Positions 35,481 through 46,100 of a stretch of DNA of 64,000 nt are shown here, piece by piece (position 1 is the stretch's first letter; each line of letters starts with the position of its first letter). The stretch comes from Planctomycetota bacterium (GTDB lineage Bacteria > Planctomycetota > Phycisphaerae > UBA1845). A model generated the notes under the pieces. That model saw nothing but the letters and a program-made list of their open reading frames with translations. It was not told the origin of the DNA and made no database searches. The position numbers and the translations under genes were made by a program. The stretch covers positions 4,112 through 68,111 of the forward strand of contig JACQFE010000006.1 of NCBI GenBank assembly GCA_016200265.1, in the 5' to 3' direction.

Positions 35481-38303
35481 TCACGAAGGACGAAGGCGGT
35501 CACCAAGAAACCGCCCCGTATGGCTCGCACGACAACCGGCAATCGTCTCCGGCGTTCCTTCCGCCACGATGCTCCCGCCGGCGTCGCCGCCTTCCAGGCC
35601 GAGGTCGATCACCCAGTCCGCACACTTGATCACATCGAGATTGTGTTCGATGCAAATCACCGTGTGGCCGCGATCGACGAGGCGATTGAGGAGCGTCAGC
35701 AGGTTTCGTACGTCGGCGAAGTGCAGGCCCGTCGTCGGTTCGTCGAGAATGTACACGATGTGCGTTTCGGCGGATTTGTGGAGTTCCGCGGCGAGCTTGA
35801 CGCGCTGGGCCTCTCCGCCCGAAAGCGTGCTCGACGCCTGCCCAAGCCGCAGATATCCGAGGCCGACATCCTTGAGCGCTTGCAGACGATTCTTGATCCA
35901 CGCGAAATTTTCGAAGAACGCGACGGACTCATCGACGGAAAGATCGAGCACGTCGGCGATGGTTTTCCCGCGATATCGAATTTCGAGCGTCTCGCGGTTG
36001 TATCGCGTGCCGCCGCAAACTTCGCACGGAACGAACACGTCGGGCAGAAAGTGCATGCGAATTCGCTTGACGCCCTGCCCTTCGCACGCTTCGCACCGGC
36101 CGCCCTTGACGTTGAAGCTGAACCGATTCGGGCCATATCCGCGGATTTTCGCTTCGCGCGTTTTCGCGTACAGCTCGCGAACGGCGTTGAATACGCCGAC
36201 AAAGGTCGCGGGGTTGCTTCGTGGCGTTCGGCCAATTGGCGATTGATCAACTTCGACGACGCGGTCAATATTCTTCGCGCCGGTCAATTTTTCGAATGCA
36301 CCGGGCTTGGGTCCGCCGAGATTGAGGTTCCGCCGCAACGCTCGCAGCAAAACCTGATTCACGAGTGTGCTCTTGCCGCTGCCGGACACGCCGGTCACGG
36401 CGATGAGACAGCCGAGCGGAAATCGCACGGTGATGTTCTTGAGATTGTTGGCAGATGCTCCATGGACTTCGATCGCGTTCGACCAGTTCGGCTGGCGGCG
36501 CTGGTCCGGACTGGCAAGGCCGCTCTCGCCGCGAAGAAATCGAGCGGTGATCGAATTCGGAGACGCGATGAACAATTCGTATGGTCCGCTCGCGACGAGG
36601 TTCCCTCCTGCTTCACCCGCACCCGGGCCGATGTCGATCAAATAATCCGCGTCGCGCATGATCTCTTCATCGTGCTCGACGACGATGACCGTGTTGTCCA
36701 TGCTCGCGAGGCGCTTCAGAATGCTCGAAAGCTTCTTCGTGTCGCGCGGATGCAGGCCGATCGTGGGCTCGTCGAGGACGTAACAAATGCCGGAAAGTTG
36801 GCCGCCGATTTGCGTGGCAAGCCGAATCCGCTGGAACTCGCCGCCCGAGAGCGTCACGCTGCCGCGATCCAGGCCGAGATATTCGACACCGACTTCGCAC
36901 AAAAATTCAAGCCGGTTTCGCAGCTCTTTGAGCAAAGGTTCGGCGATGGTCCCCCGCTCTCCAATGAATCGCAAACCCGCGACGAATTCTTTCGCGCTCG
37001 CGATCGTCATCCGTGCAGCTTCGCCAATGCTCCGGCCTTCGATCTTGACACACAGGGCGCTTCGATTCAACCGCGCTCCATTGCAAACAGGGCATGGGTT
37101 TTCGGTAAGAAAGGCGTACAGTCTTTCCTTGGCCGATTCCGATTCGGTCGTTCGCCATCGACGCAGAAGATTCGGCATCACGCCTTCAAACCCGCCGCCG
37201 AATTTTTTAGCATCTTCGTCAGATGTGCCGTGAAGGAGAATTTGGCGCTGCGCCTCGTGCAGGTTGCGAAATGGTGCGTCGGGAAGAAAACCAAATCGCG
37301 TGCAATAATCATCAATCATTCGGGCATATTCGGCGTCAAGTTTTCGGCCTTGACGACGCCACGCGGCGATTGCTCCCTCCTTCAGCGAGGCATTCGGATT
37401 CGGCACAACGAGGTCCAGGTCAAATTCCAACTTCGTGCCCAGGCCATGACACTCCGGGCATGCGCCTTGAATGGAGTTGAAGCTGAACAATTGCGGGCTG
37501 ATCTCGTCGAGTCTGACTTCTGGATGGACAGGACACGCCAGCACTGTGTTGTAGGTCGCGTCGGACCATTGGCCCTCTTCACCCGCGCTCGATGTCATCA
37601 CGCGGCCACTGGCGAGACGCGCGGCAAGCTCGACGCTATCGGCCACCCTTTGGCGGACATCGGATTTCATGATGAGCCGATCGACGACTACCTCAATCGT
37701 GTGTTTCGCATTTGCGGCGAGCGTTGGCACGTCTTCAAGCGTCACCACTTCGCCATCAATTCTAGCCCGAACATAACCATCTTTGATCAGTCGTTCGATC
37801 GCATCCTTGTGCTGGCCTCGTTGTGCGGCGATCAGCGGAGCGAGAATCAACATGCGCTGACCGTCGGGCCGGGACATTTCCGCATCGACAATTTGGGCGA
37901 TGCTCTGCCGCTCAATCAGCCGATCGCACAACCAGCAATGCGGCTCGCCGGCGCGGGCAAAAAGCACGCGCAGGTAGTCGTGGAGTTCCGTGGTCGTTGC
38001 GACGGTGGAGCGCGGACCGGCGGACGCTCCCCGCTGCTCGATCGCAATCGTGGGGCTCAGCCCCTCGATGCGATCCACATCGGGCCGCTGCATTCGTTCG
38101 AGAAATTGCCGTGCGTAGGCCGAAAGCGATTCGACATATTTCCGTTGCCCTTCGGCGTAGATCGTGTCGAATGCGAGCGAGCTTTTCCCCGATCCGGACA
38201 GACCGGTGATGACCGTCATGGCCCCGCGCGGAATCTCGAAATTGATGTTCTTAAGATTGTGCTGTCGAGCGCCGAAGACGCGGATGAACGAGCGATACGA
38301 CAT
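35481..38303 (-). CDS. uvrA: Excinuclease ABC subunit A
   Basis: GARQHNLKN, GLSGSGKSS, LSGGEFQRIRLA, GVSGSGKST, LSGGEAQRVKLA and Zn fingers. ATG 38303 gives ~940 aa. Confidence 0.97.
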   Translation of the reverse strand: MSYRSFIRVFGARQHNLKNINFEIPRGAMTVITGLSGSGKSSLAFDTIYAEGQRKYVESLSAYARQFLERMQRPDVDRIEGLSPTIAIEQRGASAGPRSTVATTTELHDYLRVLFARAGEPHCWLCDRLIERQSIAQIVDAEMSRPDGQRMLILAPLIAAQRGQHKDAIERLIKDGYVRARIDGEVVTLEDVPTLAANAKHTIEVVVDRLIMKSDVRQRVADSVELAARLASGRVMTSSAGEEGQWSDATYNTVLACPVHPEVRLDEISPQLFSFNSIQGACPECHGLGTKLEFDLDLVVPNPNASLKEGAIAAWRRQGRKLDAEYARMIDDYCTRFGFLPDAPFRNLHEAQRQILLHGTSDEDAKKFGGGFEGVMPNLLRRWRTTESESAKERLYAFLTENPCPVCNGARLNRSALCVKIEGRSIGEAARMTIASAKEFVAGLRFIGERGTIAEPLLKELRNRLEFLCEVGVEYLGLDRGSVTLSGGEFQRIRLATQIGGQLSGICYVLDEPTIGLHPRDTKKLSSILKRLASMDNTVIVVEHDEEIMRDADYLIDIGPGAGEAGGNLVASGPYELFIASPNSITARFLRGESGLASPDQRRQPNWSNAIEVHGASANNLKNITVRFPLGCLIAVTGVSGSGKSTLVNQVLLRALRRNLNLGGPKPGAFEKLTGAKNIDRVVEVDQSPIGRTPRSNPATFVGVFNAVRELYAKTREAKIRGYGPNRFSFNVKGGRCEACEGQGVKRIRMHFLPDVFVPCEVCGGTRYNRETLEIRYRGKTIADVLDLSVDESVAFFENFAWIKNRLQALKDVGLGYLRLGQASSTLSGGEAQRVKLAAELHKSAETHIVYILDEPTTGLHFADVRNLLTLLNRLVDRGHTVICIEHNLDVIKCADWVIDLGLEGGDAGGSIVAEGTPETIAGCRASHTGRFLGDRLRPS

Positions 38304-38359
38304 GGTAATTTGATACCCGCGATCGATTCGGGCGGCCAGCCGGTGGCAAAACCACGCTG

Positions 38360-38387
38360 TTGAATGTAAATTCTGACGTGCTACAAT
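38360..38387 (+). promoter_or_regulatory. Putative promoter for rpmB-accD
   Basis: TTGAAT-N16-TACAAT with an extended -10 TG. Confidence 0.5.
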
Positions 38388-38454
38388 GCTTGGCTCGATA
38401 GGGTTGTGGACGAGGTCGGGCCGGAAAGGCCCAATTTCAGGGTTAGGGTGCATC

Positions 38455-38730
38455 ATGGCAAGAGTTTGTCATTTTACTGGGAAGAAGACACGTTCGGGAA
38501 ATACCGTCGCCCGTCGCGGCAAGGCGAAGTATTTGGGCGGCGTCGGTCGCAAGACGACAGGGATCACCAAGCGAAAATTCAAGCCGAACGTGCAGCGGGT
38601 TCGCGCTGTCGTCGACGGCAAAGTCTGTCGCATCAAAATTTCGACGAAGGCCATCAAGATGGGTTTCCTCGTGAAGCCGCAGGCGCGGAATTATGCCGCT
38701 GCGGATGCGTCCGCCGCCCAAGTGAATTAG
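38455..38730 (+). CDS. rpmB: 50S ribosomal protein L28
   Basis: MARVCHFTGKK...GN...TKRKFKPNVQ. Confidence 0.95.
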   Translation: MARVCHFTGKKTRSGNTVARRGKAKYLGGVGRKTTGITKRKFKPNVQRVRAVVDGKVCRIKISTKAIKMGFLVKPQARNYAAADASAAQVN

Positions 38731-38779
38731 GAATTCGCCGCCTCGTCCCACTTTCTCTTCAGGGCTTTGATTTCCAATC

Positions 38780-39610
38780 ATGGATGAGCCACGCAAAGCT
38801 ACACGCCCGGAAGACCGTCCGGGAGTTCCGCCGGGACTCTGGACTCGCTGCGACAAGTGCGAGCACATGGTCTACGAAAAGGAAGTTGTCGAGAAACTCC
38901 ACGTCTGCCCGGAATGCGGGCATCACCGTCGCGTCGATGCGAGAACGAGGATCGAGCAGATTTGCGATCCGGGCACATTTGAAGAATTCGACAAAGACCT
39001 CCGCTCCACCGATCCGCTGAATTTCACCGATCGAATTCCCTATATCGAGCGGCTTCAACGCGAGCAGGAAAAAACCGGCGAGACGGAGGCCGTCATCACC
39101 GGTAGAGGTTTCATTCGCGGACGCGCGACGATCCTCGGCGTGATGAATCCGAATTTCATCATGGCCAGCATGGGCGCGGTGGTCGGCGAGAAGATTACGC
39201 GGGCGATTGAACGCGCCATCGAGGAAAATTTGCCGCTGGTCATCGTGACCGCGTCGGGCGGAGCACGAATGCAGGAAGGAATGGTCTCGCTGGTGCAGAT
39301 GGCCAAGACTTCGGCGGCCTTGGCGCGGCTGGATGACGCCGGCGGACTGTACGTTGTGGTGGCCACCGATCCGACGACGGCTGGCGTTGCGGCGAGTTTC
39401 GCGAGCCTGGGCGACGTGATTTTGGCGGAACCGAAGGCGATGATTGGATTCGCGGGTCCGCGCGTGATCGCAAACACAATCAATGCCGAACTTCCCGAGG
39501 GTTTTCAAACAGCCGAATTCATGCTCGAACACGGCTTCATTGACCGCATAGTGCCCCGCGCCGATCTTCGCCGCGAGATCGCACGTATCATCGACTATTG
39601 CGGGAAATAG
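38780..39610 (+). CDS. accD: Acetyl-CoA carboxylase carboxyltransferase beta subunit
   Basis: GLWTRCDKC...CPECG Zn ribbon, SMGAVVGEK, SGGARMQEG and IGFAGPRVI. Confidence 0.96.
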   Translation: MDEPRKATRPEDRPGVPPGLWTRCDKCEHMVYEKEVVEKLHVCPECGHHRRVDARTRIEQICDPGTFEEFDKDLRSTDPLNFTDRIPYIERLQREQEKTGETEAVITGRGFIRGRATILGVMNPNFIMASMGAVVGEKITRAIERAIEENLPLVIVTASGGARMQEGMVSLVQMAKTSAALARLDDAGGLYVVVATDPTTAGVAASFASLGDVILAEPKAMIGFAGPRVIANTINAELPEGFQTAEFMLEHGFIDRIVPRADLRREIARIIDYCGK

Positions 39611-39614
39611 GAAA

Positions 39615-40058
39615 ATGAATCTCACCGGTATTACACCGATTTTGAATGTTTCAGATGTGCCTGCGAGCCTCGCGTGGTTCGAGAAGCTTGGCTGGAAACG
39701 GTGCTGGACGTACAACAATTCGGGACCGATCGACGGGGCGGCGGATCGAAACGATGTCGGACCCGCAGGGTTCACGGTCGTCGCCAGCGGCGAATGCGAG
39801 ATTTTTCTTTGTCAAAATGGTCAAGGCTCGCGCGGCGCTCCCATGCCCCGAAACATCGGCGACAATGATGACACCGGCGGTGTCTGGATGAGCTGGTGGG
39901 TCTGCACGCCCGCCGAAGTTGATGCAGCGCATGCGCTGGCGCTCAAGCACGGAATGACAGTGGTTTGGCCTCCGACGGATGAACCCTGGGGTAGCCGCGA
40001 ATGCCGGATTTGCCATCCTGACGGACATACGTTTCGCGTATCCGCTCCCCTGCCCTGA
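39615..40058 (+). CDS. VOC/glyoxalase-bleomycin resistance family protein
   Basis: TPILNVSDV...WFEKLGW and PTDEPWGSRE...PDGH. Confidence 0.85.
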   Translation: MNLTGITPILNVSDVPASLAWFEKLGWKRCWTYNNSGPIDGAADRNDVGPAGFTVVASGECEIFLCQNGQGSRGAPMPRNIGDNDDTGGVWMSWWVCTPAEVDAAHALALKHGMTVVWPPTDEPWGSRECRICHPDGHTFRVSAPLP

Positions 40059-40599
40059 GCTGCTGTCGCTGAAAAATTCGCTTTTTTACCCACAGGCGCA
40101 TCGTGGGGTGAATGGTCGACCGACTCCAAGAAGGAGTTGGCGCCACTCGATCAGTGCGGCGGCGCGGATTTCCACCGGAGACGCAAGTGCGTTGCAGCGA
40201 CTGATTCATACCAACGCCAATGGGCGACAAAGAGTTTTCCGAAACGCTCAGGGCGAACGACCTTTGCCCCTGCAGATCAGGCAAGTGCTTTCAAGAAATG
40301 CCGCCAATCCACCGGTCGCTCCGGCGGCGTGAATCTCCGCTACAAATGAATCCTTATTTATCCACTTGAGATTGCAAGGAATATCGAATTCGGCACATCT
40401 GAAGGAAATGGAACGGGTTCCTCGCGCTCAATCGAATCGGGGGAATAATGATTATGGCGGCGCGTGATACGGATGCCTATCGATGCGCGGTCAATTGATC
40501 GCGGCCTCGGGCGAAAGGGTAACACGGCTATCGGCTCAGGGGACAGGCTGATAGACAAACCGTTGGATCATTGTCCACCTGGATAAAGGAGCAATTTGT

Positions 40600-41130
40600 A
40601 TGGAAAAAAATAGAGAGACTGTCGAAAACGCAATTGTAGTTGATCGGAGTGGAATTGCCGGAGGCATGGGCTGGAAATCGATGCGTCGGTTCATTGCTCT
40701 TGGATCGCTCATCGTCATCGGGCTTTCAATTCCCGGCCAGTCGAAGCTGGGGTTCGCCGCTCAGGGAGAGCCTAATGGCGCCGCCACTCAGATGCCCGCT
40801 TTCTACGATGGCAAGTTGTTCACCGTCAACATGAAAGAGATGCCCAACTCCGACCCCCTAATCGGTCAAAACGAGAGCATCAACACGATCTACGCCTCGA
40901 ACGACCTGGACGATGAACAGGATTTCATTCCCGTGCTCGATGCCATCCAGGGCGACGGATTTAATCCCCTATGGCATCAAGTCCTCATCGTCTTCAATGC
41001 GGGGTTTACGCCTCATCAGTTCCTTTCTGATACGGACGTCGAAGACGCGGCCGCTGGAGCCAATCCTGAAATCACCCTGGTCGTGACCGATGAGGTTTAT
41101 CGTTGTTCGGTTGTAGGCACGAAAAAATAG
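40600..41130 (+). CDS. Hypothetical secreted protein
   Basis: AAGGAG RBS, a hydrophobic signal-like segment and a downstream terminator. Start could be 40681. Confidence 0.65.
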   Translation: MEKNRETVENAIVVDRSGIAGGMGWKSMRRFIALGSLIVIGLSIPGQSKLGFAAQGEPNGAATQMPAFYDGKLFTVNMKEMPNSDPLIGQNESINTIYASNDLDDEQDFIPVLDAIQGDGFNPLWHQVLIVFNAGFTPHQFLSDTDVEDAAAGANPEITLVVTDEVYRCSVVGTKK

Positions 41131-41196
41131 ACCATGGAACCATGAACCGCCCCGGGGCAAACGGGGAACCATATTCCAGGCCATACTCTCCAAACT

Positions 41197-41224
41197 GAAC
41201 GCCGCACGTGCGGCGTTCTTTTTT
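41197..41224 (+). terminator. Rho-independent terminator
   Basis: Perfect palindrome GAACGCCGCACGTGCGGCGTTC followed by T6. Confidence 0.8.
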
Positions 41225-41354
41225 GCCTTGCTTTTACAACAAAGTCGTAGGTAGGATGCCAAACCTTTCCGCCGACCGCGATGAGTGTATGATTGAGCCT
41301 TCGGCCCGCGAGTGTGCGTCTCGCTACGGCGTTCAGCGAATTGGAGGAGTGACC

Positions 41355-42116
41355 ATGCGAACAAGAACGAAGATTGTAGGAATTGCAGGTTTTTGTGGAC
41401 TTTTCGTCGCGATGGCGATGTGCGCGGAAGAGCCGAGTACGGCGACGAAGGACAAGCCCGATCCCAAGGCGATCGTGCAGAAGTCGGCCGAGGCGATCAG
41501 CAAACTCAAAGTCGTGTCCTACGACCTTGAGTACAAAGTGTCCGGATTTTTCGAGATGTGGGCTCCGAACTTGTCCGGGCCGGTGGTGATGGGTAAAGAA
41601 TCGCCGGATCACGCGAAACGGTTCTCCTGCAAGCTGAAGTTTCAAAAGGCCGGATCGAGTGATGCAACCGAAGTGACCGCGGGTGCAGACGGTACGACGT
41701 ACTACTTCATCGATGACAAGACCAAGACAGTGCATGCGGACATCGATTCGCAGGTGCTTGGCAAGAACGGCGACACGATCAGTATGACGTTGATACGCGA
41801 ATTTGGGATGGCCAAGCCGTTCGAGGATGCGCTCAAGAGTGGCGAAATGAAATACGTTCGCGAGCAAACGGTGGACGGTCACGATTGCCACGTCATCTCT
41901 TTCAAGTCGGCCGTCACCATGCCGGAGATGGACTGGTATATTTCGAAGACTGATTACCTGCCGCGCGGCACGCGCTTTGCGATGAAAAACCAGGGCAGCG
42001 ACGGCGCCGGTGAGGCCATCATCCACAACCTCAAGGTCGATCCCAAGCTCGACAAAGATCCGTTCGCGCTGGTCGTGCCGGAGGGATACAAGCGGACCGA
42101 CGAATTCGCGAAGTAA
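41355..42116 (+). CDS. Secreted LolA-like (DUF2092-type) protein
   Basis: GGAGGAG RBS, signal peptide, VDGHDCHVI, WYISKTDYLPR and C-terminal F.L.VPEG. Confidence 0.65.
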   Translation: MRTRTKIVGIAGFCGLFVAMAMCAEEPSTATKDKPDPKAIVQKSAEAISKLKVVSYDLEYKVSGFFEMWAPNLSGPVVMGKESPDHAKRFSCKLKFQKAGSSDATEVTAGADGTTYYFIDDKTKTVHADIDSQVLGKNGDTISMTLIREFGMAKPFEDALKSGEMKYVREQTVDGHDCHVISFKSAVTMPEMDWYISKTDYLPRGTRFAMKNQGSDGAGEAIIHNLKVDPKLDKDPFALVVPEGYKRTDEFAK

Positions 42117-42118
42117 CT

Positions 42119-42317
42119 CCGAGCCGTCTCGTTCACGGGACGGGTTTTTCCCGAGCCGCGCCCGCCATCCGAACCCCAAGCGCAAGCGCGGGGCTCTTTT
42201 TCCCGAGCCGCGCCCGTAAGGAAGCGGGAAAAGCGTAACCGCAGATGACGCAGATTTGCGCCGATTTTATTGGCATTGTGCATGATGTCGTCATTCTGAG
42301 CGTTAGCGAAGAATCTC
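42119..42317. repeat. Cluster of REP-like elements
   Basis: CCGAGCCG-led units at 42119, 42151 and 42202 (GAGCCGCGCCCGTAAGGAAGCGG), related to 33515-33535 and 46454-46476; GTCATTCTGAG...GAAGAATCTC at 42290. Confidence 0.7.
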
Positions 42318-42391
42318 CTTTCCGAGCCAAGACCACGTGGTAGCGAAAAAAAGCCGATCCGGGGATGGCACAGATTTGGTGCCGCAAAACT

Positions 42392-42407
42392 CGTTTCACG
42401 TGAAACA
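42392..42407. promoter_or_regulatory. parS centromere-like site
   Basis: CGTTTCACGTGAAACA. Confidence 0.8.
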
Positions 42408-42580
42408 ATATTTCGATAGGCAACAGTCAACAGTACCGCAGGGTACGTTGATAACTTGCGCGGCGCTTGATGAATTGGCGATTTTCGTCGAGCGCTGTGA
42501 TTTTCCATCTCGTTCAATCCGTCCCCCACCTTCGCTTTGCGAAGATGGGCCGCCCGACGTCGCGCGCGATTGTACGGGCA

Positions 42581-42658
42581 TTTCAGTGACACTTTGAGAT
42601 GGGTTCGTTTGGAAAGTATTTTTTTCACGAGTGTCATTGTGTGGCATTTCAAGAAGAC
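42581..42658 (-). repeat. Conserved ~80-bp intergenic element, copy 2 (inverted)
   Basis: Minus strand reads TGCCACACAATGACACTCGTGAAAAAAATACTTTCCAAACGAACCCATCTCAAAGTGTCACTGAA. Confidence 0.8.
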
Positions 42659-43166
42659 TGAAGAGCAAAGAGAGAAGATCGAAAAAACACGGAAAATGCA
42701 GCCCAGCGGCGAGGGATCGTGCGAGGGGTAACGGCGGATTTCGTAGATGGGCACGGGTCGCGCGATGGGAAAAGCGGAAATCGGGCGAGCGACGGGGCCA
42801 GGAAGCGGCGAAGGGATTAATTCGATGGCAAGAGCATGTCGTCACGAAGTAATAACTTCGCGGGTGGTTGTCGAAAAAATGAAATCGGGCGAGCGCGGCA
42901 CGACAGGACGAAACGTCAAAACGTCGACACGTCAAGAAATCAAAAGCAGCAACGACTCTTCCCCAAGCGGGTCGGGGAAGTCTTTTCAAGACGTGCTGCC
43001 GATCGAATGGCCGGTTTCGGCGGCGTAAATCGTAAGAATTATTCCAGAGAATCGTCTCAGTGGAACGCCGCGAAAACGGCGTTCTTTTGTTTCCGGGAAA
43101 GCTCTCCAAGATTTGGGAATTTTGTGTTATAATGCCTGAGGTTCCATTGAGGGGGAGGGTGGTTGT

Positions 43167-46100
43167 ATGATTCGGGCTCATCGGTTTTTCCTCATTGTTG
43201 CACTTCTATCGGTTTCCATCGCAAGAGCGCAAAATGAGGCACCCCCGTTGAATGTAAATCCCGGGGCTCTTGAGAAGCCGGCCAGAGACCCGTGGCTTCC
43301 GCGAACGGCCCCATCACCGACGGCGGGCTCGCCGCACTGCGGACCATGGGAGCGCGGGCCGTTTCGAAGCATCCAGGTGAATGTGGATTCTCAAGGCTGC
43401 GATATCGTTGGTGATGCGGCCAACGAGCCGTCGATCGCAATCGATCCGACGAATCCTGATCGGATCGTAATCGGATGGCGCCAATTCGACTCGATTGCAT
43501 CCGATTTTCGACAGCATGGATATGCATACAGTCATGATGGCGGAGAGACGTGGACATTTCCGGGATCGCTGGCGCCGGGCCAGTTTGGAAGCGACCCCGT
43601 GCTTGCCTCGGACCCAAGCGGGAACTTCTTCTACTTCGGGCTTGACGAAAACTTACAAGGTCAACTATTCAAGTCTCAAGACGCCGGAATTACATGGAGC
43701 GAACCGACAAGGATATACGCTTGTGACAAACCGTGGATGACGATCGACCAAGGAAGCGCTGCGGGCAAGGGCAATATCTACGCTTCATGGCGTGCGGACA
43801 TACACTGTGTCGGAGAAGCCGGCTTGTTTGCCCGATCATTCGATGCGGGTGCGACGTTCAAGTATTGGGGCCAGATCGCTCTCTACCTTGGCACAATGGC
43901 CGTTGGGTCGGACGGCACCGTCTACAATTCTTCTGCTGACGGGAGCATCACCAAGATAACCAACGCTGTCAATCCAGCGGCGACATCACCTTCGGTTACA
44001 GTTCTAGGCACTGCGTTTTCCAAGTCGTGTTCCATTGGCGGAATCAATGGGGATGGACTGACTTGTCAATCCTGGGTTGCATTGGACCCTGTCGATGGAC
44101 CCAACAAAGACACCGTATATGCGCTCATCTCTCCATTCGACGGCGTTTATTTCGCAAAGCGAACGCCGGGGAGCAGCGCTTGGTCCGGCATGCGGACTAT
44201 TAATACTGAAAAGCCCAACACAGCCTATTGGTTTGGGACCATGTCCGTGGCGCCGAACGGACGCATCGACGTAATCTGGAATGAATCGAGCCAAAGCACG
44301 ACGGTGATGTATTCGTACTCGGCGGATCGCGGAGACCATTGGACAACACCGATTCCGGTGACGCCTCAATTCTACAAATTCGCGGGCATCCCCAATGGGC
44401 AAAACAAGATCGGTGATTATTACCACATGGTGTCGCGCAATGAGGCCGCGTACCTGGCCTACGCTGCTACTTTTAATGGAGGTGAAGACATCTATTTGCT
44501 GAAGATCCCTCCGGACTGCAACGCGAATGGAGTTCTCGACGCTGACGAAACGAGTCTCGGATTGGCCCCGGACTGCGACGGCAATTTGGTTCCGGATGAA
44601 TGCGATCCGGATTGTGACGGCAATGGGATTCCTGACACCTGCGATTTGAACGAATTCCGCCTGCGGGATTGCAACCACAATCTCATCCCGGACCAATGCG
44701 AGAGTTGCCCCTCGATTGATCGCGTGGACTGCAACGGGAATTGCAGGCTGGATTCCCTTGATCTTTCGGGGGCCGGAGGGGTTCAAAAGTTTGTAGGTGG
44801 ATTCCTGGTGCCCGAAGACATCGTGGCAAGCGTGCCTCCGTATCCGCCCGGGTATTATATGGCTGATCGCGACGCCGAGGCCGTGATTCGAATCAAGCCG
44901 GATGGGAGCACGGAGGTGTTTGCCCAAGGTTTCTTTCCCACTGGTGTCTTATTCGTACCCGACGGATTCAATGGCAAAGGGCCGCAACTCCTTGCGATTT
45001 CTCAGTCAGGCGCTTGTATTTCGCAAATCAGCCCGACGGGTGAAGTGACGCCCATTCCAAGCATCGGTGGATGCCTGGGCGGAGTCTATGTGGGTTCGGA
45101 AATCGGCGGCCCCTACGCCGGACGAGTGATTGTCACAACCTACTATGACAACGGCTTGTACGCGGTGAATTCAAGCGGCGGATACGAGCTGATCGCACGT
45201 GCGCCAAGTGAGGGTTTCTTTTTTGGAACTATCGTGCCTTCGGGCTTCGGAAATTATGCGAACCATCTGTTCGTCGGCGAAGCAAATTGGGACCGTATTT
45301 GGGACTTGAATTTGCATTGGGGGGATTTTCGCGCAGTTCTCGACATGCGGTTCGCGGGCGTACGGCAGATTGCATTTACGCCCTCGGGATGGGGAGCGTG
45401 TCTGGATCCGGAACTCCAGGATTCACCCGCTATGCTGGTGTCCGTCGACGCCGGATCGATTCAGGCCGTCACGCCCAGTGGACGCATTGTCGCATCGCTT
45501 TCCAAGGGACCATCGGGAGCGGCAATCAACCCGCGCGGGTTATTGATCCAAGGACATTCGTTGTTTTTTTCAGATCTGCTTGGCAAAAGCGTTCTGCAGG
45601 CGACATCGGACGATTTTGGACTGACCAATTGCAATGGGAATTCCAAGCCAGATGTTTGCGAAGTCATAGCCGGAAGCGCATCTGATTGCAATGGCAACAT
45701 GATTCTTGATGGCTGCGAACTAACCCTCAACGACTGCAATCACAACGGCATCCACGACGCCTGCGAAATCCGAAGTGGATCAGGCACGGACTGCGACGAT
45801 TCCCATGTACTCGACTCGTGCGAACTTCCGGGGCACGATTGTAATCAGAATCAGATTTATGATGCATGCGAAACGGGCGAGACGTTGGAAGACTGCAATC
45901 ACGACACAATACCTGACCAATGTCAAATCGATTTCAGTTGCCCTCCCATCGATCCTGATTGTCCATGTGACGCGGATTGCGATGGGGTGACGAACTGGGA
46001 GGACATATGCCCTTGCACGCCGCGTGGACTGCCGGTCCTCAGTGACGGGCGAGCCACAGGCGATTTTCTCGGCGACTGCGTTGTGGATCTCTTGGATTTC

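Noticed and set aside
35382-38363. 993-aa plus-strand ORF
   Set aside because: Antisense shadow of uvrA caused by GC-rich codon bias; no recognisable motifs.
35181-42658. Composite transposon or invertible segment bounded by inverted repeats
   Set aside because: The enclosed genes are housekeeping (uvrA, rpmB, accD), no recombinase is present and the two copies have diverged.
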